64,000 bases of DNA, taken from the IMG/VR virus record IMGVR_UViG_3300026473_000477, positions 15,615 through 79,614 of that record, one strand, 5' to 3'. Source of the stretch: a virus. The translations under genes were made by a program, and so were the position numbers. Within the stretch, counting starts at the first letter, position 1. Every line of letters starts with the position of its first letter. The notes beneath the pieces were generated by a model, which worked only from the letters and a program-made list of their open reading frames with translations, was not told where the DNA came from and did no database searches. Below, piece by piece: positions 28,537 to 38,078 of this stretch.

Positions 28537-29121
28537 TTCATCATTTAACATATCTTCCAAAACAATCTCCCAATTCTCCATTTCATCGTGAGAATCATCT
28601 TCTTTATAAACTTCAATATTATCATTTAATTGGAGATGACAATTAACATCAGTTCTTCTTTTGTAATTATCCGACCTTAGTGTTTTCTGATCTTCGTAAT
28701 CTGTATATAAGTTTCCAAGTGATTCACTAATTTTCTTAAATTCAAGCTTTTTCTTAGCTATTTTAGCTTCTAACTCTTCGTTTATTTTGCCTTTATTACA
28801 CTTCTTTCTTTTCCAATAAGAATATTGACCGACTAGTGAGCGAATTTCTCTAACAATCTTTTTAGTGTCTTGATTGGAGTCAAAAGTATTGTGAACAGAT
28901 TCTTTGTAAAACTTATCCAGAAAGTCTAATTCTTCTTGATTTAATGGACGAATGACGACATTTTCGTCATCATCCTTCACTCCATTAATATAAGAAGTTT
29001 CAATTTGACTTCTTCTGTAAGCATACGTTGAGTTTGAGTATAAATGGCTATACTTCTTCCTCTTTCCTGATTGTTCTTTTTGGGGCTTTTTTCCAGTTGG
29101 CTTGGTCATAGCGTTTAGCAT
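28528..29121 (-). CDS. Hypothetical protein
   Basis: 197-aa ORF, last of the minus-strand block. Confidence 0.6.
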   Translation of the reverse strand: MLNAMTKPTGKKPQKEQSGKRKKYSHLYSNSTYAYRRSQIETSYINGVKDDDENVVIRPLNQEELDFLDKFYKESVHNTFDSNQDTKKIVREIRSLVGQYSYWKRKKCNKGKINEELEAKIAKKKLEFKKISESLGNLYTDYEDQKTLRSDNYKRRTDVNCHLQLNDNIEVYKEDDSHDEMENWEIVLEDMLNDELD

Positions 29122-29428
29122 CCTCTAATGTTTTTTCGCTGGTATCAAATAAGCCCTCTTTTAAAAGATAATAGCGTTGATTTTCAGTTCTTGTACTTGG
29201 AAACTTTGTGCTGAAAGTGGTAAAGAATGTTGTTTTCTTAGCCTTATTTCTAGCGTCTGGATTGTACTTCATTCTATAGTAGTAGAAGATCAGATAGTTG
29301 GGATATGCCACTAGTCCAGATTCTACATTCAAATCAGATATAAAATTAAGTACGTCTTTATTAAGCTTCTTTTCTTTCTTTTTATCATTACCTTCAAGTG
29401 ATCTTAGTAATTCCTCTACTGATGCCAT
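29048..29428 (-). CDS. Hypothetical protein
   Basis: 126-aa ORF with AAGGA SD. Confidence 0.6.
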   Translation of the reverse strand: MASVEELLRSLEGNDKKKEKKLNKDVLNFISDLNVESGLVAYPNYLIFYYYRMKYNPDARNKAKKTTFFTTFSTKFPSTRTENQRYYLLKEGLFDTSEKTLEDAKRYDQANWKKAPKRTIRKEEEV

Positions 29429-29437
29429 AATTTATCC

Positions 29438-30208
29438 TTAAAAAGCTAAATATACTTTTCTCTTAGTGTTTTTGACTTCAATAAACTCTTTACTAGTAGT
29501 AGGAATTGAGTTCTGTCCACGCTTAACTGAAAGAGGATAAGAAATTAACGGACATTTAGAATATTCTACAGTAAACGATCCAAAGATAGTGGCAACTTCC
29601 TCTTTATAAGAAGATAGTAATGATTTATCACAAGTTACCAATACTACCAAATCAGCATTCTTTTTGTTTACAGCATCTTGCCCAACTAACCAAAGCTCAT
29701 TTGCAGTAGACTGTTGATAAGCTTTCTTGTCTTGCTTAATTCTTTTAGAAGCTCTTTCATTCATCCCATCAAGAACAGATTCAATCATCTTAAGTCTTTC
29801 ATTAAGTTCACCTGGAATTTGTCCAGACAGCCCTGTAACTGCTCCTCTATGTGACATTAATACTCCAGAAGGTATAATATAGCGATTATCAAGCTCTTGA
29901 ACAATTTGATAGCCCATTGAGGCAGCAAAGATTGTAACTGTATGTACAGGTCGATTTAATCCTTTTACGATGTCAATAAAATTATTACCAGCAGAAACAG
30001 AACCTCCGGGAGTATTTAATACTAAATATAAAGGTGATTTGGGTGATAGATTGGATGATTTCAACATCAACTCAAAAGACTTCTTGGCAACATAAACATC
30101 TGACACAGCTTCGTTAAATACAATAGAATTATTTTCAGTAAGCACAATTCTTGGAGATTGAGCAAGTACTGATGTTGTAATTGTTAATAATAATAGTAGT
30201 AGACGCAT
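29438..30208 (-). CDS. ClpP-like (S14) serine protease with signal peptide
   Basis: LNTPGGSV, FAASMG (catalytic Ser), LMSH (His); GGAG SD before ATG 30208 gives MRLLLLLLTITTSVLAQ. Confidence 0.8.
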   Translation of the reverse strand: MRLLLLLLTITTSVLAQSPRIVLTENNSIVFNEAVSDVYVAKKSFELMLKSSNLSPKSPLYLVLNTPGGSVSAGNNFIDIVKGLNRPVHTVTIFAASMGYQIVQELDNRYIIPSGVLMSHRGAVTGLSGQIPGELNERLKMIESVLDGMNERASKRIKQDKKAYQQSTANELWLVGQDAVNKKNADLVVLVTCDKSLLSSYKEEVATIFGSFTVEYSKCPLISYPLSVKRGQNSIPTTSKEFIEVKNTKRKVYLAF

Positions 30209-30237
30209 TAAATTCTCCGATGTATAGATAAAATAAT

Positions 30238-30266
30238 ATAATAGCACATAAATAAACTTATGTCAA
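30238..30266 (-). promoter_or_regulatory. sigma70-type promoter
   Basis: TTGACA-N17-TATTAT with extended -10 TG. Confidence 0.75.
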
Positions 30267-30269
30267 CTA

Positions 30270-30656
30270 TTATTTTCTTTCTTTTTTAATTCTAGCTCTT
30301 TCGCCATTTTCGTAAGCTGTTTTAACAAGGTGACATTCAGCACAGATATTTTGCCAGCCTTCCTCCATTGGAAACATTCTGTTAATTGTTACGTTCCAAT
30401 CATCAGACTCGCCTTCCAATGCTACAGCAGGATTTATGTGATCCATGTGCATTTTACCAGACTCAGCTTTAGGGTACTTAACTTTAATAAAGTCAATATC
30501 TCTTTTTCCAGTATAAATCTGTCTGGAGCAAGTTTCACACTTCCAAAGCTCAGGTCCAATCTTAGACCTCTTCTTAGCTTTATTTCTCTCAGGATAAGAG
30601 AACGTAAGCTTTCTTAAAGCAAGAATAATCTTATATTTAAACTTCCGATCCATCAT
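30270..30656 (-). CDS. HNH endonuclease
   Basis: CETC ... HMDHINP ... QNICAECH. Confidence 0.8.
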   Translation of the reverse strand: MMDRKFKYKIILALRKLTFSYPERNKAKKRSKIGPELWKCETCSRQIYTGKRDIDFIKVKYPKAESGKMHMDHINPAVALEGESDDWNVTINRMFPMEEGWQNICAECHLVKTAYENGERARIKKERK

Positions 30657-31053
30657 CTTCTACTTTTTCAACTTTCTTCGGCTTCTTATCTTGTTTTACA
30701 GCTTTTTCTTTCTTCACTAGTACATCAACCTCTTTTGGTTCTGGAGTGATCTCAGAATCTTCATCTTTAGCTGGAGTAATAGTCACAGTCTGCTTTCTTA
30801 GGATTGTTAGATTATAATCAGCTAATTGGTCAAATTCCTTAATCTGGGGAAGATTATAAAGAGAAGCTCTAAACCAGTCTCCAACTAATACTAAGTAAAG
30901 TGGACCATCTTCAGTTTCTCTACAAAGAGTACCGCTATTATTAGTTAATATAGTGGCAAACTTCGGGTTAATATATTCATGAGACTTTAACACTAAGTTA
31001 TTATTAACGATATCATCAATTGTAACTTTTGTTGCTCTGACTGGCTTTGACAT
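30637..31053 (-). CDS. Hypothetical protein
   Basis: 138-aa ORF with AAGGA SD. Confidence 0.55.
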   Translation of the reverse strand: MSKPVRATKVTIDDIVNNNLVLKSHEYINPKFATILTNNSGTLCRETEDGPLYLVLVGDWFRASLYNLPQIKEFDQLADYNLTILRKQTVTITPAKDEDSEITPEPKEVDVLVKKEKAVKQDKKPKKVEKVEDDGSEV

Positions 31054-31062
31054 AATATTCCT

Positions 31063-31338
31063 TTATTTGTTGATTACTTTCCTATAGCCACAACCTTTTG
31101 AACAAAGGTATAAATTGGCATGAGGTAACTCAGTTAATTTTACCTCAGATTCACATTCTGGGCAAGTTAATTTTGCACTAACTTTAGGCTTTTTTTCATT
31201 ATTTGAAATATTTCCACTAGTTAGCTTGTCTAATTGTTTCTTTAAATTATTGACTTGTATTTCTAATTGACTGTTAATTTCCTCTAATTCTTTAATTTTA
31301 CGTTTTAGTTGAAACTCTCTGTCACTAGGTCTAGCCAT
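31063..31338 (-). CDS. Coiled-coil plus zinc-ribbon protein
   Basis: CPEC...CSKGC. Confidence 0.6.
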   Translation of the reverse strand: MARPSDREFQLKRKIKELEEINSQLEIQVNNLKKQLDKLTSGNISNNEKKPKVSAKLTCPECESEVKLTELPHANLYLCSKGCGYRKVINK

Positions 31339-31421
31339 TATTTTCCTTTTTGATTAACAGGACACCAATCATTACCGCAGTTTACGTGGCAAAATCCGCA
31401 AGTATTTTGTTCATTTACCAT

Positions 31422-31865
31422 TTAAACTCCTGAGCTACCAAATCCATTACTTCCACGATTAGTTTCTCCCAAATCTTCAACTAAGTCAATCTCGATTTTA
31501 GGAATTGGAATAATTAATAACTGTCCAATTCTATCGCCAATATTGTAATAAATCGGAAATCCTCTTCTTTCTGAATAATCCTTATTCGTTTTAAACCTAA
31601 GTTTAAGCTCACCCACGTAGTTATTATCTATTATACCAATAGAATTACAAAGACTTAGATCATACTTGGAAATGCTAGATCTTGGAGCAATTATTCCAAC
31701 ATAGCCTTCAGGAATTTTAATTGCGATATTTGTACCATATTCAATGAAATCAAAAGTCAAATCCATAGAAGTTGCCACTAAATCCAAGGCGCAATCACCA
31801 TCTCTGGAGTATTTTGGCAAAGATGTTTCAATGTTTTTATCCAGTATTTTAACTTTTACTTTCAT
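31422..31865 (-). CDS. dut: dUTPase (trimeric)
   Basis: ALDL, APRSS, GIIDNNYVGE, GDRIGQL, RGSNGFGSSG. Confidence 0.95.
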   Translation of the reverse strand: MKVKVKILDKNIETSLPKYSRDGDCALDLVATSMDLTFDFIEYGTNIAIKIPEGYVGIIAPRSSISKYDLSLCNSIGIIDNNYVGELKLRFKTNKDYSERRGFPIYYNIGDRIGQLLIIPIPKIEIDLVEDLGETNRGSNGFGSSGV

Positions 31866-32140
31866 TTACTAAACCTATGATTATGTTTTTTCATACAAGC
31901 TTCCGAACAATAACAGACAGCTTTTCCAGAATTAGATTCTAATATAAAATATGGCGTTTGTAAATAAGAATATAATTTATATTGAAATCTTCCACTAGTA
32001 TTTTCAAATTGAAGATCAACTACTTTTGGTCTTTCTATTTCTTTCTTACATTTAGCGCATTTTACAACACCTCTAACTAAGCCACTAGTATTATTTCTTG
32101 GGAGCTGATTGGATAATTTACCTTCAATAATCTTTGACAT
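31862..32140 (-). CDS. Small Zn-finger protein
   Basis: CAKC...YCSEAC. Confidence 0.55.
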   Translation of the reverse strand: MSKIIEGKLSNQLPRNNTSGLVRGVVKCAKCKKEIERPKVVDLQFENTSGRFQYKLYSYLQTPYFILESNSGKAVCYCSEACMKKHNHRFSK

Positions 32141-32141
32141 A

Positions 32142-32480
32142 TTACTTCCTTTTGTGTAATCTTTTGAGGATTTGATCTGTTATATAGCTGATAAAATAAG
32201 CCTCTGGTTCGTCATTATCATGATCAAGCATAATACCCCTTGACTTAAATACAGCATTTTTGAAATGGATAAGTTCATGAAAGAAATCAGCTGTGTGCAT
32301 TTCCCTTAGCCAAATTTGGAAATAATGTCTACCTTCTTTGTCTTCAGTTTGCCAAAATCTACCATAAGCATTAAGAGGAACTTCACCAATAGCATATTTC
32401 TCAAGTTTTTTGACATCAGAGCCTAAATGGAAAATGACGTTAATATTGTAAATATCAGCGAAGAATTTAATTGTTTTCAT
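32142..32480 (-). CDS. HExxH metallopeptidase-like protein
   Basis: FFHELIH...EPEAY; start ATG 32480 supplied by the upstream mini-gene tail. Confidence 0.55.
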   Translation of the reverse strand: MKTIKFFADIYNINVIFHLGSDVKKLEKYAIGEVPLNAYGRFWQTEDKEGRHYFQIWLREMHTADFFHELIHFKNAVFKSRGIMLDHDNDEPEAYFISYITDQILKRLHKRK

Positions 32481-32694
32481 CAAGTCTCCAAAGTTTGACA
32501 AGTGTTGGGTGGATTTTAATTAAATCTAAAACTCTATAATAATTGCGATGATAACCAAATGAACACTCAATACAGTCGCCAAATCCAAAATCCACAATGT
32601 TATCCGAATATACCTTGAGTATAGGATAGTTACTCATACCTTTGTCTTGGAATAAATCAAGTAAAACAAAATCACCGACTTTAATATCGTTCAT
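32467..32694 (-). CDS. KVGD...HPxLVKLW mini-protein family member (SD-type tail)
   Basis: IKVGDF...KIHPTLVKLWRLDE. Confidence 0.85.
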   Translation of the reverse strand: MNDIKVGDFVLLDLFQDKGMSNYPILKVYSDNIVDFGFGDCIECSFGYHRNYYRVLDLIKIHPTLVKLWRLDENN

Positions 32695-32899
32695 CCAATC
32701 TCCAAAGCTTTACTAATATTGGATGTAATTTTCCAATAATACAATCCTCATAGAAGTCAAGACGTATCCAATATTTAGATCTAAAAGCATAATCATAACA
32801 AAGTAACCTACTATAATATAGGTCTACCTGTATAATCTTATCTATACGTATATCACTATTATTTTTATACATTATAAAATCACCAACTTGTATATTCAT
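32681..32899 (-). CDS. Mini-protein family member (SD-type tail)
   Basis: IQVGDF...GKLHPILVKLWRLDE. Confidence 0.85.
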   Translation of the reverse strand: MNIQVGDFIMYKNNSDIRIDKIIQVDLYYSRLLCYDYAFRSKYWIRLDFYEDCIIGKLHPILVKLWRLDERY

Positions 32900-33447
32900 T
32901 TAATTTGATATCCTTTCTCATTCATTCTATGTACTTCAAACTTAACTTTACCACTATCAACTAACCTTTTAATATTCCTCTGTTTTTCACTCAACTGGCT
33001 ATCTCCAGTCTTTACTTCAATGAAAGTTATCTGATCTTCCCCAAAATGCACGTAATCTATCGGGTTAAATAATCCTCTAAGTCCTTTAGATTCATAAGGA
33101 AAATCTCTAAGTAAAGGAGCAACATTTTCAGCAACAAGTCCAACCCTGACTTGTTCTGACCTCTCTTTACTTATTTTTTCAGCTAATTTACTTTCAACCT
33201 CAGAAAGTCTAGTGGCAAGTTCTCCACGTTGTCTGTCAGCCGTTTGGTAAAATTCGGTTAATGTATAGATCTGAGACTGGAACTGAGATACAGTAAACTT
33301 ATAAGTAGCCTCTAATTCATCGAATTTCTGCTTATAATCAACTTTTTCACTAGTACCATTAGATTTATTAGCCTCTTTATTAAACAGCTTTTTAAGCCAT
33401 TTTAACACTTGGATAATGTTCTGTAATTTAAACAAAAAGGCTAACAT
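32896..33447 (-). CDS. Holliday-junction-resolvase-like PD-(D/E)XK nuclease
   Basis: PIDYVHF...FIEVKTG.SQLS..QR.IK after a coiled coil. Confidence 0.75.
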   Translation of the reverse strand: MLAFLFKLQNIIQVLKWLKKLFNKEANKSNGTSEKVDYKQKFDELEATYKFTVSQFQSQIYTLTEFYQTADRQRGELATRLSEVESKLAEKISKERSEQVRVGLVAENVAPLLRDFPYESKGLRGLFNPIDYVHFGEDQITFIEVKTGDSQLSEKQRNIKRLVDSGKVKFEVHRMNEKGYQIK

Positions 33448-33455
33448 TTAATTTC

Positions 33456-33854
33456 CTATTCGTAAGGGATGATTAGTTCGTATCTACTTTTACTAAAGAA
33501 TCTAAGAGTAAGTCCATCTTCTCTGTCTACATTATTAGAATTGATAACGAAGAAATTATAAGAAAACTCAGAGGATATAGTTAACTCGAGAAGTTCGCCA
33601 GTAGTCTTATCCACATAAATACCATCAACAAAAGAATTCTCTCCAGAGCCTAAATCTAAACTAAAATCTCTACCAAGTAGAGTAAGGGTAACTGTAACTT
33701 GTCTATATAATGGATGTTTAAATACGCTTAAATTAAGCTTTTCATTATGCTTAATCTCTATAAGAAGGTTTGATAGTCCTTTCTCTACTGTTTTTACCAG
33801 CTTGGTAATATTCTTCCGTAGTTCTTTTACTTTTAACTGTAGTTTCTGATACAT
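33456..33854 (-). CDS. Hypothetical protein
   Basis: 132-aa ORF with AGGAG SD. Confidence 0.55.
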   Translation of the reverse strand: MYQKLQLKVKELRKNITKLVKTVEKGLSNLLIEIKHNEKLNLSVFKHPLYRQVTVTLTLLGRDFSLDLGSGENSFVDGIYVDKTTGELLELTISSEFSYNFFVINSNNVDREDGLTLRFFSKSRYELIIPYE

Positions 33855-33895
33855 AAATTGCTCCTATTAATGCTATAAATATTGGTAAAACCATA

Positions 33896-34084
33896 TTATA
33901 ACTTTCTGGTTAAGTATTTGTAAACAGCCATTCCAATAAAGAATAAGGCTAAGTAATGGTTAGCATAGGCTAGAGAAGCTCCAAGTAAGTAAGTTACCAG
34001 AGCTAGTGGTAAGAATATCAACTCTGGGAAGAATAGACTTAAAATTGCCAGTATAGAATAGATAATAACAGATTTCATATACAC
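33896..34084 (-). CDS. Small membrane protein
   Basis: Highly hydrophobic 62 aa; GAGG SD; TGGACA-N17-TAGTAT upstream. Confidence 0.5.
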   Translation of the reverse strand: MYMKSVIIYSILAILSLFFPELIFLPLALVTYLLGASLAYANHYLALFFIGMAVYKYLTRKL

Positions 34085-34217
34085 CTCATTATTCTATATA
34101 CTACACCATCAATCTTGATTTGTCCAGTCTTTTTTATGGAATCTATTGAAACAAATTTAGTAGATATCAAAATAGTCATAGCTATAAACATTGCCAGTAG
34201 TCCAAATATGAAATCTT

Positions 34218-34517
34218 TCATTCTTCACCTTTTAGTGTAATTTGACCTAGATAGGTTGTTTTTCTATTATTTTCTTTGTCGAATTGTTTCATGGCTTTGA
34301 TTACTTCTTTGTGAGTCATTCCATTTTCGTAAAAGCAAGAAACGCTCGTCCATTTATGGTCGCACATATAGGGACTATCTGAATAAACACATTCACCATC
34401 AGGATAAATTACTCTTATACGATATGACCATCTGGTACAAAAATGATGATCCTTGTCTTCACTTCTATCAATACTCGCCCAGAATGTAGGGTTATTGTAA
34501 TTAATCTTTTTTGTCAT
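34218..34517 (-). CDS. Hypothetical protein
   Basis: 99-aa ORF in operon. Confidence 0.5.
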   Translation of the reverse strand: MTKKINYNNPTFWASIDRSEDKDHHFCTRWSYRIRVIYPDGECVYSDSPYMCDHKWTSVSCFYENGMTHKEVIKAMKQFDKENNRKTTYLGQITLKGEE

Positions 34518-34762
34518 AAAGTTCCTTAGAAGATTCGTACCAAAAAGCTGTATATCTTAATCCTGAATGATGATACGGACGCACCTGATAAACTTGATTG
34601 CTCACGTATCTTTCAAGCCATACCCACTGATCTTTTATTAAAACAGGAACTAAAGCAAACTTAACTATAGATCTTTTTTCATTCAACCTAGGTGTGTTGT
34701 TTTTCCATTTCATTTTTTCCTCACAGTCATACCAAACACAATAAAGAATACAATAATGTAAA

Positions 34763-35284
34763 TCATTTGTCAACCTTTTTCTTAAATCCCCTATCATCGG
34801 CATATTCTTTGTTTTCTCTGTCATGATACATTAAAAACATAATATTAGTTGCGCAATGAGCTAAATGTGAACATCCAGTTTCTTTGTCGATATCTTCTCC
34901 AGATTGGAAAGCGAGTAAATGTCGCATTAAGCTTTCGTAAGGTGTTGAAAACTTTGTAGGTTTTTGCCAGTTATAATGTTCATATTTAACCCTAGACTTG
35001 GTTAATACTTCTCCCAAAGCTAAAATGAAATTTGGATCAATCTCTCTTGTCTGGATTTTTCCAGCATTGTATCTTTTAGACTCGCCATCATTTTGAGTTG
35101 TTTGTGGCTCTTTTACTACAAGATTAATTGACTCAGACTCTTCAAACTCATCAACTGGAGCAGTTAAATTAAACGCACCATTATCTCCAGATTGTAAATA
35201 AACCTTACATGATTTATCATCAATTGTTATAACTCTTCCTAGCTTTCTTGATAATTTATGGATTACAATATCGCCAACTTTCAC
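34763..35284 (-). CDS. dATP/dGTP diphosphohydrolase-domain (DUF5664-like) protein with N-terminal KVGD module
   Basis: KYEHYNWQK...SLMRHL...GEDIDKETGCSHLAHCATN; GGAGG SD before GTG 35284. Confidence 0.8.
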   Translation of the reverse strand: MKVGDIVIHKLSRKLGRVITIDDKSCKVYLQSGDNGAFNLTAPVDEFEESESINLVVKEPQTTQNDGESKRYNAGKIQTREIDPNFILALGEVLTKSRVKYEHYNWQKPTKFSTPYESLMRHLLAFQSGEDIDKETGCSHLAHCATNIMFLMYHDRENKEYADDRGFKKKVDK

Positions 35285-35325
35285 GAAACCTCCCAATGAT
35301 GGTAACAAGAGAATTATACCACAGA

Positions 35326-35742
35326 TTAGTAAAATCTTCCATTCTTATTTTCATGTTCTTCTGAAACATAGAAGTCACTTTTAAGCTGAACCATAAAAAC
35401 TTGAAGAATAACACATTCCAAATGTTTATGATCTGGAGTGTGATCCCAATGCTCCAAGTGTGCTAACTCATGAGCTAAAGTCGATAATAAATCAATAGTG
35501 GAGTATTTTTTAATCTTTTTAGGATTATTCCTATCTCTATAAGAAGTATATAGACAAATTCTTTCTGGCTTATTATCATAATAGACAATAGAACCTTGAA
35601 AATGCTGACCAAAGTTAGGATTAGCTTTCTTAGATGTTATCTTATTAATATTCTTAACTTTTGGAACTAAATGAGCAATGGAAGAAACATAATCCCTCAT
35701 CCACTCCAAGTCCTTTGTAAACTGTATTTTCTTTTTTGGCAT
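35326..35742 (-). CDS. HExxH zinc metallopeptidase-like protein
   Basis: TLAHELAHLEHWDH. Confidence 0.7.
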   Translation of the reverse strand: MPKKKIQFTKDLEWMRDYVSSIAHLVPKVKNINKITSKKANPNFGQHFQGSIVYYDNKPERICLYTSYRDRNNPKKIKKYSTIDLLSTLAHELAHLEHWDHTPDHKHLECVILQVFMVQLKSDFYVSEEHENKNGRFY

Positions 35743-35748
35743 AATTCC

Positions 35749-36003
35749 TCAGTTAAGCTTATCTTTATCCAAATAATCCTCAGTTTCCCATTCTCTAACA
35801 GAAATGAAGTCATCTTCTGATATATCATATCCAGTGAGAGAAAGTTCCAGTAATTCTTCTTTGGAAACATTACGCTGAATCTCTGGCGCACCAAAGCCTA
35901 AATCCATAATCTTTTCTAAGATCACTTTAGCTTTCTCATGGTTAGGACTAATGTCAGATTCCAACACTTCCCAAATTTCTCTAATTGCTTCAGACTTTTT
36001 CAT
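35749..36003 (-). CDS. Hypothetical protein
   Basis: 84-aa ORF in operon. Confidence 0.55.
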   Translation of the reverse strand: MKKSEAIREIWEVLESDISPNHEKAKVILEKIMDLGFGAPEIQRNVSKEELLELSLTGYDISEDDFISVREWETEDYLDKDKLN

Positions 36004-36016
36004 TAGTAGCCTTTTA

Positions 36017-36826
36017 TTATTTGCTAATAGCTTTATTATACGCTTTAACTGCCAATGCTACTGTATTTGACTTATCGTATTTAGCCAACTTTAAGAACAA
36101 TTCTTCCAAGCTTAAAACATCATATTTGTTATACTTTTCCATTGATTTCCAAGCTTTCATATTACCTTTAAGACATTCATCCCAAAGTTTAAAACCAGAG
36201 AAGTCAGAATGTTCTTGCTTCTTATATTTAGTGCAAAGCTTTTTAGTCATGTACTCTAACTTATTGGAAGTAAATCCAAAATGTTTCTTAGCAATTCTCA
36301 AGGTGTCAATGTTTTTGTAATGTGTTGGAGCATCTAATCCATGCTCAATAAGTCTGGCATTGATTTTTTTCATGTCAAATGATATGCCGTTTTGCGTAAT
36401 AACAATATCAGCTTTATCCAATAGTTTTTTAATCTTTACCAATAGTGGCTTATCATTATGTAATGACTTTCCTTTCTTATTCCTTTGGTCGGCATAGATT
36501 ACTTCAGATTCACTACTTCCAAGCCATTTAGCTGAAAATGATAGAATAAACCAATCTTTAATTAGCATATTAAGTGGGATGTTTTGGTCAAACAATCCCC
36601 ATACAAAACCAACCAAAGGGGATGTTTCGATATCTAAAATCAATACGTTAGGAGTATATTCTTCAGAATCAGAACAATAAGCTTGAATACAATGTTTGAT
36701 TGAATCAGGAGTTCTATGTAAGTTAAACTTTTGCCTAAACATTTTGCTAATCTCTGTTCGAGAATAACCTTGGCTATTCAACTTCCTTACATAATTTATC
36801 TGTTTTTTATCCCAAGTAATTTTCAT
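36017..36826 (-). CDS. DEDD/RNase H-like 3'-5' exonuclease with N-terminal HTH-like region
   Basis: LDIET, QNGISFD, IDTL, YNKYDV. Confidence 0.8.
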   Translation of the reverse strand: MKITWDKKQINYVRKLNSQGYSRTEISKMFRQKFNLHRTPDSIKHCIQAYCSDSEEYTPNVLILDIETSPLVGFVWGLFDQNIPLNMLIKDWFILSFSAKWLGSSESEVIYADQRNKKGKSLHNDKPLLVKIKKLLDKADIVITQNGISFDMKKINARLIEHGLDAPTHYKNIDTLRIAKKHFGFTSNKLEYMTKKLCTKYKKQEHSDFSGFKLWDECLKGNMKAWKSMEKYNKYDVLSLEELFLKLAKYDKSNTVALAVKAYNKAISK

Positions 36827-36863
36827 TAAAATCTCCAATAGTTATTATTATATAACTCATATT

Positions 36864-37145
36864 TTATTTAGTCAAGAAGAATTTATAAAGTTTCTGCATA
36901 TTTGGACTTAGTAGCTCTAAATCTTCTTCAGCCACAACTTCCCACTCATCAAAAGTCTTATTAAAGTTACAGATTAAGTATGCGATATTTTTAGGATTAT
37001 AAACAATTATATCAATAATTCGGTAATTAACTCCACGAAATTTAACAATATCTCCAATATTATACATTGGACCAGGATGGATAAAAAATGATAACTTAAA
37101 TAACGCTTTGGAAGTAAATCTGAGGATTGATTTAATAATTGACAT
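36864..37145 (-). CDS. Divergent mini-protein family member (promoter at 3' end)
   Basis: YNIGDIV...LSPNMQKLY; TTGACT-N17-TATAAT at 36847-36875. Confidence 0.55.
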   Translation of the reverse strand: MSIIKSILRFTSKALFKLSFFIHPGPMYNIGDIVKFRGVNYRIIDIIVYNPKNIAYLICNFNKTFDEWEVVAEEDLELLSPNMQKLYKFFLTK

Positions 37146-37246
37146 TAATTACTCTTTATTAAAATGACAGTAACAATAATCTGTACTATTGAAATTACAC
37201 ATTGGATAATTTGCCAGAAGACTCGCTTCTTTTCATAATCAGTCAT
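37145..37246 (-). CDS. 33-aa membrane peptide (not in ORF track)
   Basis: MTDYEKKRVFWQIIQCVISIVQIIVTVILIKSN; SD and ATG come from the upstream family tail; TAATG coupling downstream. Confidence 0.6.
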   Translation of the reverse strand: MTDYEKKRVFWQIIQCVISIVQIIVTVILIKSN

Positions 37247-37472
37247 CAAGTCTCCAAAGTTTGACAAGCGTTGGATGTAATATAGTGTATGAGCTGTTGT
37301 TACCTGTTAGTATATCTAAAGATAAATATTCAGAACCTCTTATCCATTCGCTACCTCTAATATGTTTGCAACTAAAATAAAAATAATTAGAAGTAAGTTT
37401 CGTAATCCTATAAAATACTAAAATATCATTAACACCATTATAAAAGAATATATCACCAACTTTAGGCTTCAT
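37239..37472 (-). CDS. Mini-protein family member (SD-type tail)
   Basis: PKVGDI...LHPTLVKLWRLDD. Confidence 0.85.
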   Translation of the reverse strand: MKPKVGDIFFYNGVNDILVFYRITKLTSNYFYFSCKHIRGSEWIRGSEYLSLDILTGNNSSYTILHPTLVKLWRLDD

Positions 37473-37668
37473 CCAACCTCCAAAGTTTGACCAATATCGG
37501 ATGGATTTTGGTATATTGACTAGGTAGAGGAATAAAAATTGCTCCCATATTCTGGTAATTATTTATTATTCTATATGTAGCTAAATTACCAGAAATATCT
37601 ACAATTTTTTCTATCTTAATAATATCTCCATTCTGGTAAATATAATACTCTCCAACTTCAGGTATCAT
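37462..37668 (-). CDS. Mini-protein family member (SD-type tail)
   Basis: PEVGEY...KIHPILVKLWRLDE. Confidence 0.85.
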   Translation of the reverse strand: MIPEVGEYYIYQNGDIIKIEKIVDISGNLATYRIINNYQNMGAIFIPLPSQYTKIHPILVKLWRLDEA

Positions 37669-38078
37669 GGTAGAAAAAACCTTTTGCCAGATTTAGGAGC
37701 TACAATTTGGCAATGTGTCCAAGTTTCTGTAGCAGAAAAGTCCTCAAACCATAAGCCAATTTCTTCCATTAGTTTAACATTAGCTTTTATCCAATCATGC
37801 AAGTCTTTTACAGGCTTTCCAATTGGGACGATATCGCAAGCTTCACATGACAAATGCTTGCTTTTCATGGGAATTTTCGACTTGTCTGTTATACCTTTGT
37901 CGGCATAAATCTGCAAGTGATGATTCATTGTACGAACACCAGATGTAACTTTTAAAGGCTTACCATAAGCATTTCTGAGCTTATTAATGCGTTCCAATAG
38001 AATCTCTAAATTGGCAAGCTGTTCTGGAGTTAAGTCAGATTCTAAATTTCCTGACAATAATTCTTGTTTAGTAATCAT
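37665..38078 (-). CDS. Peptidase M15-family endolysin-like protein
   Basis: TSGVR, SKH...ACD, WTHCQ. Confidence 0.8.
   Translation of the reverse strand: MITKQELLSGNLESDLTPEQLANLEILLERINKLRNAYGKPLKVTSGVRTMNHHLQIYADKGITDKSKIPMKSKHLSCEACDIVPIGKPVKDLHDWIKANVKLMEEIGLWFEDFSATETWTHCQIVAPKSGKRFFLP

Noticed and set aside
34763-35284. 2-aminoadenine (Z) or deazaguanine-modified genome
   Set aside because: A DUF5664-like domain alone is insufficient; no PurZ or Que/Dpd genes are seen in the window
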